Source: Tubiluchus corallicola (Eukaryota > Animalia > Priapulida). From it: DNA of 64,000 nucleotides. The position numbers were made by a program, and so were the translations under genes. The notes under the pieces were generated by a model, which saw nothing but the letters and a program-made list of their open reading frames with translations, searched no databases and was not told the origin of the DNA. Of this stretch, positions 1-13,707 are shown piece after piece (the first letter of the stretch is position 1; every line of letters begins with the position of its first letter). The stretch lies in assembly GCA_030141605.1 (NCBI GenBank), contig JAQGDQ010000722.1, positions 43,630-107,629 of the forward strand, given 5' to 3'.

Positions 1-2353
1 CGCTAGGCGATTTGTATAAGAACACTGTAAGATGTGTAAGATGATCGACTCAGTCTTTATCGTGCGTGCGCATTGATGGTGAGTAGGTGGGTATTTTTTA
101 TAAAAAATGCTCTAAACAAGTTCCCCTGCCTTTACTGGACCTGAGTCTCGGGGATTAGTTTATTACAGGTCCTGAAAACAGATACCTATAGCTGATGTCC
201 TTCTTGAAGCGGGTTCTAGTTAAAAGGAAACGAATTTTCTGATGAAGAATTCCACAGAATAGAGGCTCGATTGAAAAACTGGGTTTATAAACAGCCTTTC
301 TATATATAGAAACAAAAATATGAGAAGCTGCAACAAAACGGGTGCTATGGCCAAACTACCGACGCTTAGCAGCCAACGAAAAGAGTTCCCGAGAATGATA
401 AAATGGGCTTTAAATAGTAATAGAGTTTCAGCGAGCAAATGCTAGCAGAGCAAAACCTTAAATCAAATCTAACCGGCTTTAAACGATTCTGCAACCTGCC
501 ATGTGGGTTAATGACGTCAAGTCGGTAAACGAAAAAAAAAACAAATTAAAGTCTACTGAAAAGCTGGAAATAAACCTTAACTAGAGTGCAAGAACACGTA
601 ATTCTTGATGCCCCACACATTCAAGAACATGTAGCCTGAATTGAAGTGGAATAATATCTCATTTTCGCTTTTAATAAAATTCCTTTGGTCAAAATTAATA
701 AACATCTGAGGCATTGATCAACTTGCTTTGAATGGCTGGCCTTAGTAATAATAGAGTTTAAACTTGGATATGCTTCCGCAAGCCATCGGTCATTGAGTCA
801 CTGTTTTCCAACGGGTCATCTGTGTACTGACCTAATATTGGACTGCTACTAATTGACTACTTCGTCCCAGGTACAGGAGTTTTGCTGTTTCGTTTGAAAT
901 AAATTGAACAACGTTACTTTTACGAAAATTATTTTTTCTTACCGTTTAAACTGAGTCATTAGCTGCGAGAAATATTAATATAAGTATTATATGTGCTGCT
1001 GTGTGTAGTAGTGCGAGCTAAATTATATTAATAGCGTTTATTATTATCATACTGTCTGCGGTTTTTTTCTTGCAAACTTTGCAAACAGCGAAGTGCTAAA
1101 CAGAATTCAAACATGGCATGCAACGAGTCTACCGGTGGGACATGAGTGTGACCCTGGGTTTGACATAATCCGTGGCCACAAAGGTAATGCACCTGAATTT
1201 GTAACAAATTTTTCTCTTTCACTTGGCATCTCCGTTCTCACTTTTTTCTTATACATTTTACATCAAAGTTTTTGAGTGTAATGGCGCAATGTGGTGGAGT
1301 ACTCTTGTGGTGCTATATTCTTTGTTTTGTCAACTCTACGTTACTCTGTGTTAAAATCTTTTCGTATAATTGCATACAGCCTATAGCCACTAAATACTTT
1401 TCTTGGGTTGCTCATCGTAGCAGATTTCCAAGACATATTCCTTAACATGTTTTAAAAGTTGTCAATACCTACAAACAAGTCTTCTTATTTTTTCTTTTAT
1501 CAATTTCTGTTTCTGTGAATTCTTATGTGTAATAGTTAATTTGCGCTGCGGGGTGTTTTGACAGATTTAAACCGCATATAATTGACGTTTTATAATGGCT
1601 ACTGTGTGTTTTCTGTGACCAAGTTTGATTTAAAAAAATCAATAAGCTTAGGTTAATTCCATCGCTGATTTTTCTTTTTATCTGAAAAATAAATAAAAAT
1701 ATAATTCTGGTTTGTCTAAGGAAAATGCGAAGGCTTTATTTGGTTAATTTTAATCACAAGTGATTAATAATAATTTACAGTTTCAACAATACTCTGTCAA
1801 GTTTGAAAAAGCTTATGTTCATTTATTAAGCCTGAGTTCAATTTTTAGCATTTTGCTGCTAATTGACAGGGACTAATTAACTGCTTCTATTACAGTAATT
1901 AAACTCCGTGCACAAGAGCCGAGGACGCGAAAATGTTGAGGAGCTTTTTTTCCAGAAAAAACCCTCAATTTGAAAACTAATGGACAACCCACAGGGGTCA
2001 ATTAATCGCTCAGATTAGTTATTTATTGCCGCTTTCTGCCTGCTAGGTGCTGTCAATAGTTTTAAAAGAAGAGATGCTCTGCTGTATACTTATATAAACT
2101 CAATTTATTTTAAGTGAATCTGCAAAACAGCGCATAATTCAGTGAAGTATTTTATTTCTGTTATGTGCAGTGCAGTGCAGGTACAACAGGAAATGAACGC
2201 AGCTCACATGTTTTCTTTATGACATTGTTTATTCATTTACTTATATCTTGTTTTGTCGTTTACCTATTCATTTATCTAGCGAAGTATTTAGCCACTTGTT
2301 TATTTATTTATTTTATTTAACCCTATTCATTTGTTTATCTACTTATTTAGCTT

Positions 2354-2435
<82 letters not shown>

Positions 2436-2465
2436 CAGTTAGTCAGTTAGTCAGTCAATTAGTTA
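2354..2465. repeat. (TTAG)n microsatellite with TCAG variants
   Basis: Direct reading of the tandem TTAG array. Confidence 0.95.
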
Positions 2466-3145
2466 GCTGCTAACTAGTTACTTATTTATTTTTTATTTAT
2501 TCTTTGTTATTAATGTTGCTGGTTTTGTTTTCAATATAAAACCCCCGCAGAGTAGTTGGCACGATAGAAGAGTCATGCATTTCAGTTTCAGTTTGATTTT
2601 TTCTTATTTCTGGTTAGTTTAGCAATAACAACTCACACCTGCTCCCTCGTTTCAGTCATGGTTTGGCTTAATACTTATTTTATCCTTACACTCACAACAT
2701 AGTCATTCGTGAGCAGATGCTGCCATCTTCACGCAACAAAACGAAGCTAGAACATTGACCAACTTTCTGATTATTATTATTAAGAGCAAAACTGAGCGAA
2801 AAGCGCTCAGTTTATTTGAGTAAGAAAACGAACTTAAATCTGTTAAGAAAAAGGCTTTTTATGACGGGCACTGTAATACAAAGAAGGAAGAAAAACAAAT
2901 GAGAATAAATTGTTGTATCATGTTTGTAGCATCATCATTCGCCTATTTGTAAAACCACGAAACAAAAATCTTTTAATTTTTCTTCTTTGCAGACTGTGAC
3001 TCGAACGCGGGACTTTAGCTTGTTCAGCAAAACAAGGAGTATCAATAAACCAATGTTACATTTATCTCCAAAAAAGTCAGAACGTCTGTGGTGATTGATG
3101 ATTTTTATCGTAGTAAGAGCTCTGCGAGAAATTTTCGCCAGACGT

Positions 3146-6100
3146 TTAGGATCTAACAATATTTTCCTTTTTTGCTCGTAGATACCACTCCGTCCACGAA
3201 CCGGGGTAAATTTTCACATCGTCTTTTCCACACAGAAATGCCGCTAATGCAACGCCACACGCTGAAACACCAGAACCGCATGTTGCAATCAACGGCTTGC
3301 TGAGGTCCACATCTGCGTCCTTGAAAAGCTGCAATAAGAATGGTGGATTTTTAACATAACTGACGGATAGTGGTGGTGGACATAAGGGGCAGTGGCGGAA
3401 TGGCTGAACGAGAAGGTAGCTTGAGTTGCCTCGAGTTACTTAAGAGGAAATAAGTAACTCATCACACATGCTTGCCCACCTATTAGTTGGATACAAAGAG
3501 TTTTATTGAGCATGATAGACATTGCAGATATCCAGGCACACATACACTATATATATATGTGTGTTTATACACCAATTATACAATACAAGATTTAACATAT
3601 GCGATAAAGAAATACACATAAATGCCGCAATATGCTCTATCCCTAGGTATAATGGCACAAAGTATTATCATTGAATGCTAGTTATATTAAATTCAGACAT
3701 CATGAATCATTAGCATGTGGTGAGAACAAAAATTTCTGTCATTATTTAATAGTCTTCTTATCCAAATGCATTTTGGATTTGGAATCTTGCTTGGCATCGT
3801 GCAGAGACACAAAAATCTATTTAATCCACAAAGTTTCAAGTTCAGTATCATATTGGTACTTTTCAAACACTGAAATCGATTTTTTTACATATGTGGAAAA
3901 CTTGGGAGTATATCATTACTTTTCTTTTGAGTGTGATGCGTTCGCTATTGAAAGCAGCGGATTTCGTACTAAAATGGAATTCATCCTCAATTTCATATTA
4001 GATGAACATAGACCAAACGGTAATCGTTTAAACTCCATCAACTAGGCAACCGAATGCATTTTTCAATTGCTAAAACGTTTTCTAGTTAGACATGTGTTTT
4101 GGAAGCGGACTTAAATCCAACGAAAACCAAATTGTTTGTTGTCAAACTTTAATTTACTGTAGTACACGCTGCAAAAAAATAATAAGTAGATGACATTTAA
4201 AACAATACTTTCAAAATCATTCTATTGTTTTTACTTCTAAATTTGCCCGTGAATTGAAAGCGCAACTTCGGCCATTTTCGTTTGCATAATTTGGTGTTGT
4301 TCTTTGGATAAGGACGTAACCGAGTGGTCACAGTGTGTGCTTAGCGATCGAAGCCATATTTAATGCTCGCTCTGGGATTTTTCTAATGTCATACTGATTC
4401 TGGCTGTTTAATCTCGTTGAGGAAGGATTTATTCACATTCGAACCTGGCTGAAACACCTCTTCCCCAGTTCAGTATCTCATCTTAGCGGATTATCGTGAT
4501 AATGGAGCAGACTACGAATTAAGGAGTGCTAAACTACGTGAAGAAAGTTCTACAAACATTACCTGTAGCAGCATTCTTTTTGATTTCACTATACATTTTT
4601 CTTGATCCATTATTAGTCGAAAAGCCAAATTTTTTGAATGAGGAATGTGACCAGATTCTATGCCTGTAATATATATCAGCATACTAATTATAACTTTATA
4701 ACGTCATACAAAAGGACGCTAAAAGTACAAATATCCTTTTGAAATAAGGTTATTAAAACCAGTGTAGTTCTGACATTTTTAATTTAATTTATTATAGTAC
4801 TAATTACTGCAACGATTCGATTTCACTCTCAAAAATGGCATGCCACAAATGTTTAAGTGAGGCGATTGGCGAACTGTGCTGTAATGTTCACATATCATTT
4901 AAACTTAAGCTGCTGTTTTATTCCAAACCAAAAATAAACAACTCAGTGTTAATGGCATCATTATACTGCCGAAATGCGTCTTGACTGAGTCTGAGTGGAA
5001 TAAACGAAAAGTTTTAGCTCAATCGAAATTATTCAAACTTTTCTTTCGCAAGTTTTCAAAAGATCCTTCTTATTAAAGTAAAACGTTGTTCTACTTTATA
5101 TTAAGTTTTTAACAAACTTACCTGCTCTGGGTTCTGGATCTAACCCTGTGAATCTCCCTGAGGGTCTGGCATCAACAACTTGAAATTCGCCCATTTCCAA
5201 GTTTGCTTCAACGTCTTCAAAATGCGCCAAACGAAAGTGCTGTACTTTGGCGTAAAATCTCTTCTTCTCGACTATTGTGTCCTCCCAAGTGGTTGGATAC
5301 CCTAGAGCCAGCCATCTGAGTAGGCCACCGTTTAAAATTGACACATTCTCGTGGCCAAAATAGCGAAAGGTCCACCAGACTCGTTGACAAGAGAACATAC
5401 CTATACAGGTCAACACAAAATTAGCAGACCCGAAACTTGTCTACTAGAACTACAAAGCATCAGCAAATAGAGACACTTGTATAATTTTCAAAAGTGAGAA
5501 CAGAAACTTAAACGAAAAGACCTACGCCAAATTGAACGTTTAACAAAACAAATATAATTTCTATAATTTCTCTTGAAGCTTACAAAGCCAACTAGGCTAG
5601 CGCAGATATAAAAAATAACGAATGCTAGCTATATGTTTTTTTCACTGTGGAAACCCCCATGCTTTGAATAAATTTGCCAGAGCTCCAAAGCACAAGGGGT
5701 TATAAGTTATGCTTGAAAAAATGGTTTAAGTATTATACACGGTGTCAAGAAATGACAAATCCGCGTCACAAAACTTTATTATACGTGAAATAATTAATTA
5801 TACCAAGTCACGGCGATTAGCTAAGTTAGCTTACTTACTCTGTCTGTTTAAATCCTTTCATTAAATTTTATCCTTAGAAATCAAAGCTAACGAAGTTCTT
5901 AAAGAAACGAGTATTATGACACTACCGTACGGATGAGGATCAGTGATTTCTGGACACCCCTAGATTATATCTATAAAGAGTGTTTAATGATTAACATACC
6001 TAGTTCTGATGTATCATATACCACCACATGAGTATCGTTGTCTATCCCCCTTGATTCCACATACTCTTCAAAGGCCATCTGGTCTGGAATCATGTGCAGA

Positions 6101-6303
6101 AGACCGGTAGCTTCATCAGAACAATCGCCAATGTTGAAGAACAATGCCCCGGGAATGTGTTGCCTTTCATACTCACGACGAGAGCTTCTCTCAGTAAACG
6201 GAAAGTGAGACGAACAGTCTAGCACGCGTACGTTTTTGCCTCCATCGAGCCATTTCTTCAGGGTTTCTGGGGCAATGAGCGCTTCAGTTTCTGAAACTGA
6301 CAT
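3146..6303 (-). CDS. MPST: 3-mercaptopyruvate/thiosulfate sulfurtransferase (tandem rhodanese), 4 coding exons, ~288 aa
   Basis: Exons 6303-6000, 5400-5122, 4663-4563, 3328-3146, all GT-AG with compatible phases (1,1,0). Motifs HIPGALFF, RVWWTFRYFGH, LNGGL, VDARPSGRFTG, GHIP, catalytic loop CGSGVS (MPST-type rather than TST CRKGVT) and C-terminal YPGSWTEW. Confidence 0.93.
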
Positions 6304-7797
6304 GTTCTAAGGCAAATGGAAATTCCGTGACGGCAAAATGATGTTTACTACTGGACTGCCTTTGCGCTCGAAAACACGTTGCCCTACACAGTACAAGTTT
6401 CAGCGGCATTGACCAAAGGTCAGATCAGCCGGATGGTTTACGTGACAAATATGCGTCTTGCAACCAAAAGTTTAAGGTTATATTTGGGAGGCAGTCTGAT
6501 CTAGTCTGGTCAGGATTCACAAAGTTAAAAATCTAAAATCTTATCCCGGTGTCTAAAATTATAAAACATTGTCATGCTTTAGTAAATCTCTGTACCGCTT
6601 AAATATCTCGTAAAGATAAGTTTCTCATTTCTGAACGAATTTCCACTCAGTTTTTCGCTATTTTATGTTATTTCATATTGCATCATATTAAAAGTTTATT
6701 TCACGCTTATTGCTCTCTGAGCTAGCCAGTCAAGAAGTAGATTTGTTATATATTACATCATTAGAAAAGACCCTATTATTCTCTTGGGCTGAGCGTCTCC
6801 CGCCAATTTGTGTTTTCTTTACGCCTATCACCCTTTATCAACTTAAATAAGTCGTAAATTGTTCCACCTAAATTTCTATTAAAATTTGTCTGAGTGAAGG
6901 CAGTTCTTGTATGAGGTGATGATGATATTCATCTTAGATTACAGTGAATGCCGTTCTATTGTCCAATTATGTAAAAATCGCTTTATACACCTGTATTTAA
7001 ATGACAACCCGCGTGAAAAACCACACGAATTCTTTACTAGAAATCACGCAGAAAACCGTTCTATGTGTAAACGAAGCCTTAAAGTTTAAATAATACAATT
7101 AGCGATTTTTTTTATGACTATCGAAGTTACCGATAAAGTGTTCACGGTCAATTAAAGTTGAGAACGCTTAGCTCAATTTCCAGAGTGGATAACCGTCAGC
7201 CAAGTTTACACATTTGTTGTACAAATTATGACACCAAGTTCATAACAGCGTAGAGGCTGCGTGAGTATTTATATTATAATAGCTGTAGACCACCCCATTG
7301 TAACATTTGCCTGGAGACATGTATGACGTTGAGATGGGGAAGACTTGCAAAAAATGTGTCCAAGTGGGACACTCCGAATCGCTCTTTCACTTTAGGAGGT
7401 TTTCTCTACTAGGGAGAACCACTGTTTTGCGTTAGCTTTGACTAGCTTCATTTTATACGAGTCTTTACATTAGGTTTATGAAAAGAAGAAAAACGATAGT
7501 AATTATTACTGGTTTTTGTCTGAACTCTAAGCTAAAATTTAATGTTTCCTGTGAGTTAAACAGCAGCCGAATTAAAAACCGTAAATTGTTACTAAAGAAA
7601 TTGGGTTTCATTGAAAAGTTTCCGCATTGTGTATTGTTTGTATTCGTTAAAAGAGGACGCATAGCCTACGCATCTGAAAACGACCACATAATCACTGCCG
7701 CCCAGTGTATCATCTTGGGGATTGACTTTGATGGGCACAGTCCAGTCCCGTCACAGCCAACTAATTTAAGTATAAGAGCGTTTGGCGTTCTGCTTAA

Positions 7798-7944
7798 GGC
7801 CATTTACATGGTACGTCCTAAATATACGTCCAAGACACACGTTTTTGGACGCAAGTGGGAATCTGTTTACACGATGCGTCTTGCTCGTGCGTCCTGGTCG
7901 TGTTGACTCGTTCTACAGCAGGCTCGGGCCTACATGTAAAGGCC
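7798..7944. mobile_element. Short MITE-like element (PIF/Harbinger-like ends)
   Basis: Imperfect terminal inverted repeats GGCCATTTACATG ... CATGTAAAGGCC, preceded by TAA. A similar end (GTGTAAATAGGGCCTTA) lies near 8910-8925. Confidence 0.45.
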
Positions 7945-8401
7945 AACTAAAGAAAATTGTCAGAACGTGTACTACTTGAAAAGCTCACACCAAGAATTAG
8001 GCCTAAACTTCTTCGAATAATATGAGAAATTCAATTTCTGCTGCAGAACGTTTACCTTAGCTCCCTCATTTCTTTGGCATCAGATGTGATCGCCCTATCT
8101 CGATTTGAATTATAGGATTGGAAAAAGTCATCATTTAAAAAAAGTAGGATTTTTTAATAAAAGGAACTTGGCATTCTCAGTTCCTAATTTTTGGTAGTAG
8201 TCTCCTAATTGATAATAGGATTGTTCTTATTTTTTTCCCGTTATAGTGTTGCTATCCGCTGTTGCTGTGTCAAATTCAGATTAATTTTCCAGCTGCCCAG
8301 TGTTTATTACGATGCGTAGTATCTTTGTAGATATACTGGCAAAGTAGTGTTACTAGTATAGAACGCTTTAAATTTTGCAAAAGAAATCAAAACTGTCTTG
8401 G

Positions 8402-8501
8402 TAGCGTTACATATTCTTTCATAAAATAAAAATCAATTTTTTCACCAACTGGTATAGCGTTACATATTCTTTCATAAAATAAAAATCAATTTTTTCACCA
8501 A
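8402..8501. repeat. Perfect ~47-bp direct duplication (53-bp period)
   Basis: TAGCGTTACATATTCTTTCATAAAATAAAAATCAATTTTTTCACCAA occurs at 8402 and again at 8455. Confidence 0.9.
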
Positions 8502-9244
8502 TTTCTGAATGATCATTTTTTCTGATTGCAATTTGACATCGCCAAAAGGAAAATTGGCATCGGTAAAAAACGTACGTTAATTTAAATCAAGATTCAAATG
8601 AGGAGTTGAAATCGAAATGGTGCTTGTTTTCTAAGCCTATTGAATGATTTGTAAAAGAAAAAACTTCAACAATTAATGTAAATTCCATATTCGGATACTG
8701 GTTAATCAATGTCATTGTTGCCTATTTGATTTGCCGCAAGTCCATAGGAGATGCTGTTAACAATGTGTTTTTTGTTCTTCGAAGTGAGCACGTGACCTAA
8801 TTTCACTTCCCCGATTGACAGGATTCTGGCCTCGTGCATACAATGTCGCAAGAAATTAGAACATGCGTCCTGTGCATGCGTCTGACGCATGCATCAAAAA
8901 CGCACCCCGTGTAAATAGGGCCTTACAGTGTGCCGAACTACGTCCCGAAACTCCATCACACGGTTTGGCTACGACCCGAGTCTTATCGCTTGCATTTAAT
9001 GATAGATTTTTAGTAGCGGTAATGCTGATAATATTTCTGCAGAAGTAAAGAATATATGAACTGAATTGAATAATATCTGCAATTTAATAAATAATTAAAC
9101 ATCGGAAAAGCCATTACAAGAAAAGGGTTAGTTCTAGCACATAATCTAATTAACACCTTACATAAGAAACAAATGATTGAAAACACAAGATTTTCTTAAA
9201 CGCGAAAGTGTCAAATTGACCGTTTCCATGTTTCACGTTGGCTG

Positions 9245-10150
9245 CTAAATGTGATGTTGCTGTCTCCATCTTGGAATCCTTTCTTTGTTTTCTTTATCAC
9301 TGCTCGTATGTTGATTGGCCTTCATCTTCTGAAGTCTGCAGACAATTCAATTTCAATTTATTGGTTGTAAAGTAAACACATACACGTATACAAGTACTCA
9401 ATATATACTTATGGTGTAATAATGGCCTCATAGCCTTATTTATGGCATCGTGAATTAAACAGCATCCAAAATTGTAAAATCAGCATGCATATAAAGGGCT
9501 AAGCGTTTCACATCAAAAGGGGAAACTGCTAGTACTGTCACAAATTTTAATGCCCTTGTTTGGATTGTGGCCCACCTTTCATTGGTTGTTCGTCATTGTG
9601 AATCGGTTAGAATTTTTAACGATTAAATTCATTGTTTCAACAGCGAATAAAATTCAACAGAATTCTTCAGTTTTTGCTTTTAATTGTGACAAGCGAACAT
9701 GTGTTTAGAATGTAATTTGCTGAGTCCCTATTACTAGACTTGTTCAGAATGGTAGTAATACCATTCATTTAAATCTATTAAAACAAACCAGCAATAATCT
9801 TGGTAATATTTTATTTTCCTTTATCTCTTGTTTTCTTATCCGTTAGTTTAATGAATTAATGCAAAACACCTTTACCTTTCCTTTACAAATTGTCTGATTG
9901 CATCATATGTAACGTCGACGTATCTGTCCGCATCAAAACGTTTCCTGCCGTGGCTAAACAACATATTTTCACAGCGACACACGCTAGACGTTCCCACAAG
10001 CCCCCGTGCGCACATGGCCTCGCAAAGTCCTCTCCTTGTGTCTCTGAAGAACTCCTGGTCGCGAACTGGAATGGGTTCTGCAAGCGTCGTAGAAAGCCAG
10101 CACACCAACCAAACCAACCACAACAAGATCATCAATTGTTTCTTCATCAT
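9245..10150 (-). CDS. Four-cysteine neuropeptide-like precursor A (CCRFamide/HFAamide-like), 121 aa, 2 coding exons
   Basis: Exons 10150-9876 and 9335-9245 (phase-2 intron, AG|GTAAAG ... TCTGCAG|A). Signal peptide MMKKQLMILLWLVWLVCWLSTTLA, spacer, RR, GLCEAMCARGLVGTSSVCRCENMLFSH-G-RKR (amidation plus cleavage), then tail FDADRY...RQQHHI*. Confidence 0.82.
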
Positions 10151-13100
10151 CTTCGTTATTATTTTACAGTGGTAATTTTTTCTAGTCAGTCATTTTGTGC
10201 ACAAACTAGAAGTTGAGTTGGTGTGACAATATTTTCCGTCCATCATGCCATCAGTTTCCCTCAATTTGCGTTATTAGTCAATGTTGCAAGTCGTGGGTGC
10301 TTGTTGCTATCATGGTCTGATATCTATCTGATCTATCTGATTGGATGATCAATTTGTCAACCAAAGGCAGACTTAGAAAAAACCTTATTAATTGGAATAG
10401 TCAAAGAATACTATGTACTAACTAAGTAGTTCTTTGTTTACTTCATAAACTTGAGTTATACTGCTTTTGGCATTTTTCTCGATTCTATTGCCGAAATTTT
10501 CCATACTAACCACAATTGGTTTTGTTCGCAGGGGGCGCTGTACTGGATCCACCTCTGCAAGTACCATCAATTGCTAAGCTGCAGACGACGGACAATACAC
10601 ATATATATATCATAAACTATTTAAGAAAAATACACCCAAATGAGCTGCCACTACCATACGTGTTCGGCAGACACAAAGAAAGAGACAAATTACAACACAT
10701 ACTGCTGGTCGTACGTTATTTATGATTCTTCGTGGCAAATGTGTCAATTATAGTGATTGGACGATGGTGGAATTATATGTATTTATTACGTTGTCGTATT
10801 ACGTTATCGATGCCCATACGAAACATTGTTCATAATACAAATGAATGTAATGCGGCTAGCATAAACTATGCTCTAGTAGCTCTGTAGCTGATAACATCAA
10901 AAAAAGAAGCCATTTATAATATCCATAATGAGCAATTCAACACTTTCATCATTTATTTTTGTTCATTCAAAAACGATTATTGTTGCTCCATTGACAACTT
11001 CTGTTTATAGCTCTCGATACATATTTATTTACTTTTCAATACAAACCGGATTTAATACAAGGCCAATTTTAGCTATAAGTAAATCCTAGAGTATACAAAA
11101 CATGAATTTTATAAAACACCAGACAAATGATGGCATTAGTAAGTTCACATCTAAAAAAGAAATTGTTGGCAATAACTTTTAATCGCAGTGACTGTTAACA
11201 TCTATCACCATGACCCATTTGCAGTGATATAAAATATGGAATAAAGCCTATTTTGGATTGTTTGTACATTTTATTTTCGCACAAAATTCACCAATAGATA
11301 GTGACACTGTGAGCATTCTGACTTGTTTTTATGTGTCCACCTTTCTCATTCTCAATACCAAATCTTTATTTGAATTTTTTGAATAGTCATTTCTGTTAGC
11401 AGTATTTCATGTTCAGAATGTCTATAAGTTTTTTTTTAATTTTAACCTTGTTCTAATCTGTTGTCTTAGTTCATGCATTTCACCTACTACTATTGTTTGA
11501 ACTAATAGTTAAATTTTCTATATCTACGAACTTTGTAGTGCTGATTTTAATTCAAACGTGTTACATATCATTTTTCAGTTTATCTAAAGGCAACTAAATC
11601 TGTCTAATAAAAGACAAGCAAACTTTCTCGATGTACAAGAATGTGTCCAAGGGACCCCTATAGACGTGCCTAAACTGATTCTGAATGAATCGTTTATTTC
11701 AAATATGTATTTATTCGATTACAAAACACACACATTAATTATTTTCATTGTTATTTGGGTGCCACTATTTCGTCAACTTTTACTATTCTCGCCACAATGT
11801 TAGTTATTTCATTTCAAAGTGAAAGAGATATAAACTTATTAGAAGATGTACCACTAAATGGATTTGGTCTTGTCATAACTTTCATATGAAAGTGAACTGA
11901 GACATTTACCTCTTCGAACTCCAGAAGCTAGGCGACGTAAGCAGATTTGATATTAACGTATCAACTGTCAGATATGTCTTGATCTATTATTTAGAAATCT
12001 TAACTTTAAGACGGGTAAAGTAGCTATAACAGCCACTGAAAACATGATCCTTTTTATTATACACACACTCGAGTAGAATTCAATACAAAAACGTACAAAT
12101 TGATTTCTATTCGAGTATGCCAGTGTACAATAAGGCGATCGTGTTCTCAGTGGTTGTTGCAAGGTATTTTATTTAACATATCAATTATTACATATAGTTG
12201 GTTATCTGATGGCTTACATTATACTTACCATGTTGACATCTTTGAGCTATTCTTGTAAAAGGTGGTACGCTTTGTATTCTTGTTACGTAAGCTACATTAC
12301 CTGGCCTCTAACCTAGGTAGTTTTACGGTATTTATAACATTTCATTATGCTTACTGAATTACATGTGACTACTTGCAAGTAATAATAAAAGTAATAATAA
12401 CTTAAATTATTGATATTTAGACAGCAACGTAGTGAGCGGTAAAAGTGATGATATCAACAATGTTCATGCTATTTCGTGTTATTGCAAATAAGTGCTGATC
12501 TTGGGTAACCTTTTCGCCTACAGACTTCGAGTTCAGTTGAATTTCTATTTCACATTTTAAATCACTTCTAACGTAAATCGCAGTAGCATTTCAGTACTAG
12601 GCTTAAAACTAATTGCTTAAATATTGCCATTCACTGCTAAAATACTCATTCTAAACAAATAAACTCTAGAATGTTACGAATAGTTAGACTTAAACCAGTA
12701 CGTACTCTACATAATTCTCGGGGCCCAGGGACATTACATCCGTTGTGAAACCTGATTTATCCCCTTCCCTTATTTTGAAATGTCAGCTAATAATTTTTTC
12801 ACCACCATACTTGTCAGCTGCAATTACAAAAAGAAAACTAAATTTTCTTTTTAAAATTAATCAAATCAAAAAGCCATGTGCATATTTCAGCAATAGTTTT
12901 TAATAAGATACCTTTAATATGTTGTTAGGGAGGACAGTTTATTAAACACCATCAAAAAGGGTTGACAATAAAAGTTGATGGACATTGAAATGATTGCAAC
13001 GCAAATTTTCTGTTGAATTTTAATGTGCATCCTATTTAACCTGCACACAGAAAATCCTGCGTATATTGATTTTTCATTTACATTAACACACAGAGTACAT

Positions 13101-13249
13101 GTGCAGAGTACACAATCTTTCCATTTTGAACTTTCAGTTCTGAATAAAGTCTTCCCCAATTTTCCCCTTAGCGAAACGACCCCAGGTTTTTTCCCAAGTT
13201 TTCCCCGGAGAGTCAAGTGTCTGCCATACATGACTAACTTAAGCTCATG

Positions 13250-13545
13250 CTGACTAATCAATGAATAGGCCTATTCGTTAGCAATTAGCACATGCGCCTA
13301 CTCTTTAATGATCAACAAGTAAGCCGAATGATCTCCGGACTCTGGCTAATGGAACTGGGGCCTTGCAGTCTATGTAGTAAGCAACAAACAACCTAGTCAT
13401 TATTAATCAACAGATAGTCCTAGTGTTTAATAGTCTATGCATAGGCCTACACATTAATAATCAACAATAGGTCCACTCATTAATAATCAACACATAAGCC
13501 TACCTCATTATTATTCAGCACATAGGCCTACTGATTAATCTTCAA
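13250..13545. repeat. Degenerate ~28-bp minisatellite (consensus ~ATAGGCCTACTCATTAATAATCAACAC)
   Basis: Repeated ataggccta / taataatcaac units. Confidence 0.7.
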
Positions 13546-13707
13546 ACGTTCTGAATTGATGGCTTGCAAGAGATGTGTGGCAATACGAATCTGCCCTGTA
13601 TTTCAACTTATTTAAATTATGGTTGCTCACCACATCATATTATATTTTTACAGTGATTTCAGTATCACAAGCTACTAAAAGAGGTATCCAGCAACGATTG
13701 GCCCTTC

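Noticed and set aside
1-1275. Scattered plus-strand splice-like signals (donors near 79 and 1184) and short ORFs
   Set aside because: No recognisable protein or consistent reading frame.
13250-13545. CRISPR-like appearance of periodic repeats (also 52540-52760)
   Set aside because: Eukaryotic context, degenerate head-to-tail units without unique spacers, and no cas genes.
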